Assembly: GCA_902785485.1 (NCBI GenBank)
Contig: CACZZA010000001.1
Coordinates: forward strand, 1-51,222
Reading direction: 5' to 3'
Length of the DNA stretch: 51,222 bases
DNA from: an uncultured Ruminococcus sp.
GTDB taxonomy: Bacteria; Bacillota; Clostridia; Oscillospirales; CAG-272
The translations under genes and the position numbers were made by a program. Below, in pieces: positions 46,354 through 51,222 of the stretch. The notes under the pieces are model-generated. The model ran no database searches and had not been told where the DNA came from. It was given only the letters and a program-made list of their open reading frames with translations. Position 1 is the first letter of the stretch. Each line of letters starts with the position of its first letter.

Positions 46354-46844
46354 TCTTCCGTATTACCGTCCGTGTTTTCTTTGATTATGACCCCGAGCGC
46401 GTATTTCATTTCGGGGTATGAATATCCGCTCCGCGCGAGCGAGCCCGCAACGTTTTTGCGTGTCTCTTTGTCGAGAAATTTGCTTTCGAGACCCTTGCGG
46501 CGCACGAGTTTGAGGCAATTGCCCTTGAAGTCGATGTCTGACGTATATTCGTCGAACACGCCGTCGATAAGGTCGCGGTCAAACCCCCGTTTCGCAAGCT
46601 CGGGTTTTAGCCTCGCGCGTCCGTACAGCTTGCGGTTCGCGAGATATTCTATCGTATTTCGTATCAGCCGTCCGTCGTTGACGAGTCCCGCTTCGCGAAG
46701 CAGCTCTATGGCTTCGGAGACGGTACCGTCATCAAAGCCTTTTTTGCTCAGCTTCTCGCGGAGCTTCTTTTCGGTGTTGTCGGCGAATATCAGTATCCCC
46801 GACGCGACCGAGACCGCGCGGTCGACTTCGCTTTTATTATTCAT
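46350..46844 (-). CDS. recX: Recombination regulator RecX
   Basis: Directly after recA; [34 protein letters not shown]. Confidence 0.82.
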   Translation of the reverse strand: MNNKSEVDRAVSVASGILIFADNTEKKLREKLSKKGFDDGTVSEAIELLREAGLVNDGRLIRNTIEYLANRKLYGRARLKPELAKRGFDRDLIDGVFDEYTSDIDFKGNCLKLVRRKGLESKFLDKETRKNVAGSLARSGYSYPEMKYALGVIIKENTDGNTEE

Positions 46845-47946
46845 CGCCCTCTATACCGATAGCGGAGAGGTCAAGCTCACTGTCGTCGAGATCGATCTCC
46901 TCGTTAGCCTCCGCTCCGCCGTTCTTGAATTTTTCCATTATGCGGTCTTCGAGTTTCTTGAAGAGTTCGGGATCGTTCTCTATCGCCGCGCGGGCGTTGT
47001 CGCGTCCCTGCGCGAGTCTTTCGCCGTCGACGTAGAACCACGCGCCGCTTTTTTCGATGATGCCGAGCTCGACGCCGAGTTCGATGATCTCGCTCGATTT
47101 CGAGATGCCCTTTCCGTATATGATGTCGAATTCCGCCGTTTTGAAGGGAGGAGCGACCTTGTTTTTGACGACCTTGCATTTGACGCGGTTGCCGTAAGTC
47201 TCGCTTCCGTTTTTGAGAACTTCGGATTTGCGTATGTCGATACGTACCGACGCGTAGTATTTGAGCGCGTTTCCGCCCGAGGTGACTTCGGGGTTGCCGT
47301 ACATAACGCCTATCTTCATACGGAGCTGGTTGATGAAGATGACGATGCAGTTGGATTTGGAGATAGAGCCGGAAAGACGGCGCAGAGCCTGCGACATAAG
47401 TCTCGCCTGACCCGCGACCTGCGCGTCTCCGATGTCTCCGTCGATCTCCTGCTGGGTGACGAGCGCCGCCACCGAGTCTACGACGACTATGTCGAGGGCT
47501 CCCGAGCGAACGAGGCTGTCGAGTATGCCGAGCGCCGCTTCGCCGCTGTCGGGCTGGGAAACGAGGAGTTCGTCTATGTCTACTCCGATAGCCGACGCGT
47601 ACTGAGGATCGAGCGCGTTTTCGACGTCTATGTAAGCCGCGGTGCCGCCGGACTTCTGTACTTCGGATACGACGTGGAGCGCGAGTGTGGTTTTACCCGA
47701 GGATTCCGGTCCGTATATTTCTATTATCCTTCCCTTGGGAACGCCGCCGATGCCGAGAGCCATATCAAGCGTGAGAGAGCCGGTCGAAACGGCGCTGACC
47801 TGCATACCGGTATTTTCGCCGAGCTTCATTATGGCGCCTGCGCCGTGATCCTTCGCGATCTGCGCGAGAGCGGTCTCGAGAGCTTTTTTCCTTGCGTCTC
47901 CGTTCTGAGAAGCGGCTTCGGGTTTCTTCTGCTTTGCTGGTTTCAT
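46837..47946 (-). CDS. recA: Recombinase A
   Basis: [56 protein letters not shown]. Confidence 0.98.
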   Translation of the reverse strand: MKPAKQKKPEAASQNGDARKKALETALAQIAKDHGAGAIMKLGENTGMQVSAVSTGSLTLDMALGIGGVPKGRIIEIYGPESSGKTTLALHVVSEVQKSGGTAAYIDVENALDPQYASAIGVDIDELLVSQPDSGEAALGILDSLVRSGALDIVVVDSVAALVTQQEIDGDIGDAQVAGQARLMSQALRRLSGSISKSNCIVIFINQLRMKIGVMYGNPEVTSGGNALKYYASVRIDIRKSEVLKNGSETYGNRVKCKVVKNKVAPPFKTAEFDIIYGKGISKSSEIIELGVELGIIEKSGAWFYVDGERLAQGRDNARAAIENDPELFKKLEDRIMEKFKNGGAEANEEIDLDDSELDLSAIGIEGDE

Positions 47947-48036
47947 TTTTGTATGTTTCCTTTCAAAAGATAAAGATTACGTTACCATTTTATCAAAGGC
48001 CGGGAGAATACGCTCCCCCTTGCTCATATTTTTTTT

Positions 48037-48065
48037 ATTATACAACAATAATATCAAAAAGACAA
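48037..48065 (-). promoter_or_regulatory. Probable recA promoter
   Basis: TTGTCT-17 nt-TATAAT on minus strand about 90 nt upstream of recA. Confidence 0.55.
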
Positions 48066-48215
48066 GTGCATTTTGTTAAAAATCGTCCGCGGAACGAAAA
48101 ACGGACCGATGTTTTTTCACGAACAAAAATATTTTCATTATTTACAATTTAATCACCATTTTTGCGCGATATTGTGATATAATACGTTTAACTGTAAATA
48201 CACGGAGGGAATACA

Positions 48216-49367
48216 ATGTCCGATAAAAATAAATCCTGCCGTCTCGGCAAGGTCGGAGGTCAGGCGCTTCTCGAAGGAGTCATGATGAAAAACGTCGATT
48301 CCTACGCCGTCGCGCTCCGTATGCCGGAAGGCAATATCAAAGTCGTCAAGAAAGAGTGGACGAGCATAAAAGACAGGCACAAGATACTCAATATACCGAT
48401 CATCCGCGGACTCGTCAACTTTATCGAATCGCTCAAGCTCTCGTTCACTACGCTGATGCTTTCGACGGAAACGTTCGGTCTCGAGGACGAGGAAGAGTCT
48501 AAGTTCGAGAAATGGCTCCGTGAAAAATTCGGAAAGTCCATCCTCGATTTCGTTATGGTCATATCGACTATCCTCGGAATAGGACTCGGCATCGGGATCT
48601 TCTTCTTCCTGCCTCTGCTCGTTTCTCAGAAAGCGTCGGGCGGTACGACGAAGTGGTATTCGACAATTATAGAGGGACTTATCAAAATGGGGATATTCGT
48701 CCTGTATATCTGGGCGGTCTCGTTTATGAAGGACATCAAACGCACGTTCCAGTACCACGGGGCGGAGCATAAATCCATCGCCTGTTACGAATCGGGCGAC
48801 GAGCTTACTCCCGAAAACGCCAAGAAACACACCCGTTTCCATCCGAGATGCGGTACCTCGTTCGTTTTCGTGATGCTCCTGCTCTCGATCCTCGTTTACG
48901 CGCTCGTCTATATGATCCCCGTGATGCGGGAAAATCTGTGGCTCAAATTCGGATCGAAGATCATAATCCTTCCGCTGATAGTGGGTCTCGGATACGAGTT
49001 CATCCGCTACGCGGGACGCCACGACAACGTCATCGTCAAGATCTTTTCGTTCCCCGGTCTCCTTATGCAGCGCCTGACCACTAAAGAACCCGATCTCGAA
49101 CAGCTTGAGGTCGCGATCTATTCGCTCAAGGTCGCTCTTTCCGATGAATTCCCGGAGGCGCAGACTTATCTTGACGAAAGCAAGGCGTACGACGAAAGAA
49201 AGGCGGCTGAACGAGAAGCGCGCAGAAACGGCGTCACCGATACGGGGGCAGCCCCGACGGACGCGCCGTCCGATAACGCCGCAGGCTCCGACGGACATTC
49301 TCCCGCGAACAAGAGCGAAGAGGAGCGTCCCGCGACGCCGGAAGGCTCCGACGCTCAAAACGGATAA
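48216..49367 (+). CDS. DUF1385 (YqhQ-like) membrane protein
   Basis: GGQALLEGVMM, FQYHGAEHKSI.CYE, RFHPRCGTSF, PGL..Q.LTTKEP; usual position before prmC. Confidence 0.92.
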   Translation: MSDKNKSCRLGKVGGQALLEGVMMKNVDSYAVALRMPEGNIKVVKKEWTSIKDRHKILNIPIIRGLVNFIESLKLSFTTLMLSTETFGLEDEEESKFEKWLREKFGKSILDFVMVISTILGIGLGIGIFFFLPLLVSQKASGGTTKWYSTIIEGLIKMGIFVLYIWAVSFMKDIKRTFQYHGAEHKSIACYESGDELTPENAKKHTRFHPRCGTSFVFVMLLLSILVYALVYMIPVMRENLWLKFGSKIIILPLIVGLGYEFIRYAGRHDNVIVKIFSFPGLLMQRLTTKEPDLEQLEVAIYSLKVALSDEFPEAQTYLDESKAYDERKAAEREARRNGVTDTGAAPTDAPSDNAAGSDGHSPANKSEEERPATPEGSDAQNG

Positions 49368-49427
49368 GATCGGATGATCGAAAAGCAATAAACGAACCGT
49401 GATCAAGCAAACACAGACAGAAACGAT

Positions 49428-50153
49428 ATGAACGATCTTGACATCTTAAAAGCTTCGCTTAAGGGGGAGACCCTCGAAAAGGCGATCATAAAGTACAACG
49501 CCGGGACTCCCGCGGCGTACATCCTCGGAAAATGGGAGTTCATGGGAGATACGTACGAGATCACGCGCGACGTGCTTATCCCGAGGCTGGACACCGAGCG
49601 GCTGGTCGAAAAGTTAGTTGCGATCCTTCCGAAAAACGGCAGTTTTATCGACATCGGCACGGGATCCGGATGCGTCTCCATCTCGACCTTGAAACGCCGT
49701 CCCGACGTCATCGGTTTTGCCGTGGACGTGTCGAAAAAGGCGCTTGAAGTCGCGATACGCAACGCGGATTCCAACGGAGTTGCAGACAGGCTGACGTTTT
49801 TCACCTGCGACGTACTTAAATTTGCTCCCGAGCTCGGGGACAGATTCGACGTCGTAGTTTCCAATCCGCCGTATATTCCGTCGCTCAGCGTGGACAGACT
49901 CGATATTTCGGTCCGAAAAGAACCGCGCATCGCGCTCGACGGGGGCGAGGACGGGCTCGATTTTTACCGCGCGATCTTTCCGGCGTGCAATAAGATCCTT
50001 TATCCGGGCGGCAAATATCTGTTCGAGATAGGGTTCGATCAGAAGGACGCGATCGAAGCGCTCGCGCGCAAATACGGCGCCGGGTCAGAATTTTATAAAG
50101 ATTATTCGGGAAATTGGAGAGTCGCTCTCCTTATTCCCGATCTGAAACAGTAA
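49428..50153 (+). CDS. prmC: Release factor glutamine N5-methyltransferase (short N-terminus)
   Basis: P..YILG.WEF, VLIPRLDTE, DIGTGSGC, VSNPPYI, EPRIALDGGEDGLDFYR, FEIG.DQ. Confidence 0.93.
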   Translation: MNDLDILKASLKGETLEKAIIKYNAGTPAAYILGKWEFMGDTYEITRDVLIPRLDTERLVEKLVAILPKNGSFIDIGTGSGCVSISTLKRRPDVIGFAVDVSKKALEVAIRNADSNGVADRLTFFTCDVLKFAPELGDRFDVVVSNPPYIPSLSVDRLDISVRKEPRIALDGGEDGLDFYRAIFPACNKILYPGGKYLFEIGFDQKDAIEALARKYGAGSEFYKDYSGNWRVALLIPDLKQ

Positions 50154-50180
50154 GGCGGAAATACCGCCCGGAGACAAAAT

Positions 50181-51128
50181 ATGAAAAAAATCATCGCTTT
50201 TTCGGTATTGCTCCTTCTTTGCGTGCCGCTCCTGTTATCTTCATGTTCCAAAAACGTCATGAAGGTCGGAGGATTCAACGTAAGCTACGACTTTTACCGC
50301 TATATCTTCCTAAATACCAGAGCTACCGCCGAGGAGTACGGCTCCTATCCGGAAGGCGCGGACAAAACGGAGTATCTGCGTTCTCTCGCGCTTGAAAGCA
50401 TCCGCTCCGCGTACGCCGTCGAAAGCCTTGCGGAAAAGTATGAAGTAACTTTGACTAAAGAAGATGAGGCGAACATCGAAGCGGATATCCTCGACGCCCG
50501 CGGAAAACTGACCGACGAGGAGTTCAAAACGGAGCTTGCGGGATCGTATATGAACGAAGAAGTCTACCGTTACGCGCTTCGTCTTCAGTATCTTGAAAAC
50601 AGACTTTACGCATATATGATCTCAGAGGAGAACGGCGTCATCATCAGCGACGACGCGTCTCTCGAAAAGTCGCTCGCGACGGATTTCGTCAGAGTCGAGC
50701 ACATACTCCTGCGATACGACGAGAACAATTATTCCGAAAAGCTCGCGCTCGCGGACGAGATCTTCGCAAAGCTCAAGAGCGGAACGGATTTTGAGGCCTT
50801 GCGCAAAGAATACTCCGACGACACTTCCGAAAGCGGCGGAGCGACCGGATATTATTTCACCAGGGGCGAATTCGAGACTCCGTTCGAGCGAGAGGCTTTT
50901 GCTCTTGCAGAGGGGGAGACCTCGGACCGCGCGGTTACGACTACGTCGGGAATACACATAATGAGAAGACTTCCGCTCGACAGGAACTATATCGACGCTC
51001 ACTATGAGGAGCTGAGGCGAGAATACGCGACGATGCGCTATTACGAGATAAAAGCGGAGACCGCGGAATCGCTTGAAACGGATCTCAACTCGTCTTACGA
51101 CGAATTTACGTACGACTATGCCGGTTGA
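50181..51128 (+). CDS. PrsA-like parvulin peptidyl-prolyl isomerase lipoprotein
   Basis: Lipobox LSS-C; VEHILL, DFEAL.KEYSDD, YFTRGEFETPFE..AFAL..GE.S, GIHIMRR. Confidence 0.85.
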   Translation: MKKIIAFSVLLLLCVPLLLSSCSKNVMKVGGFNVSYDFYRYIFLNTRATAEEYGSYPEGADKTEYLRSLALESIRSAYAVESLAEKYEVTLTKEDEANIEADILDARGKLTDEEFKTELAGSYMNEEVYRYALRLQYLENRLYAYMISEENGVIISDDASLEKSLATDFVRVEHILLRYDENNYSEKLALADEIFAKLKSGTDFEALRKEYSDDTSESGGATGYYFTRGEFETPFEREAFALAEGETSDRAVTTTSGIHIMRRLPLDRNYIDAHYEELRREYATMRYYEIKAETAESLETDLNSSYDEFTYDYAG

Positions 51129-51222
51129 TAAAAGCTTTGTCAATACGGGACACGGGATCATACTCAAAGGCGTCGGAGGTCTTTACGAGATAATGCTCGA
51201 CGGAGGGGTACGCGTCGAGTGC
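51118..51222 (+). CDS. rsgA: Ribosome small subunit-dependent GTPase A, 5' fragment (runs off window)
   Basis: MPVDKSFVNTGHGIILKGVGGLYEIMLDGGVRVEC matches the RsgA N-terminal G.IIKG.GG.Y.V...EC pattern. Confidence 0.65.
   Translation, partial: MPVDKSFVNTGHGIILKGVGGLYEIMLDGGVRVEC

Noticed and set aside
46837-47946. Intein or insertion in recA
   Set aside because: Length (369 aa) and motif spacing are normal.
45169-47973. 934 aa plus-strand ORF
   Set aside because: Antisense shadow of recA-recX-rimO; no RBS or recognisable motifs; long shadow ORFs are expected with this codon bias.
48090-48130. LexA/SOS box upstream of recA
   Set aside because: Best candidate (GGACCGATGTTT) deviates from GAAC-N4-GTTY and lies upstream of the predicted -35; not supportable.

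Overview
Chromosomal window from a moderately GC-rich anaerobic Firmicute (Clostridia-like gene content, sigma-A promoters, cohesin/dockerin protein). It holds housekeeping genes (mrnC, mscL, ROK kinase, pgsA, rimO, recX, recA, prmC, PrsA-like foldase, start of rsgA) and three accessory parts. (i) A ~4 kb decayed mobile-element cargo island (9161-13245) carries an XRE/TPR regulator, an ABC exporter, a nonsense-mutated tnpV and two promoter/terminator-bounded structured non-coding segments, and lies between inverted copies of a hairpin repeat. (ii) A three-gene phosphonate operon (APC permease, 2-aminoethylphosphonate transaminase, phosphonoacetaldehyde reductase) has no pepM/ppd or phnX in the window. 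(iii) A ~19 kb Wzx/Wzy surface-polysaccharide locus (20397-39182) encodes an amino-sugar aminotransferase, UDP-L-FucNAc genes, a pyruvyltransferase, two LicD proteins, an HTH-fused LicC/PntC-type cytidylyltransferase and an apparently circularly permuted GT2 glycosyltransferase. The main hypothesis (inference) is a phosphonate salvage-and-display system: import AEP, convert it to hydroxyethylphosphonate, CMP-activate it and transfer it to a possibly zwitterionic glycan. No rRNA, tRNA or CRISPR array was seen. All family assignments come from recognising motifs by eye, not from database searches.
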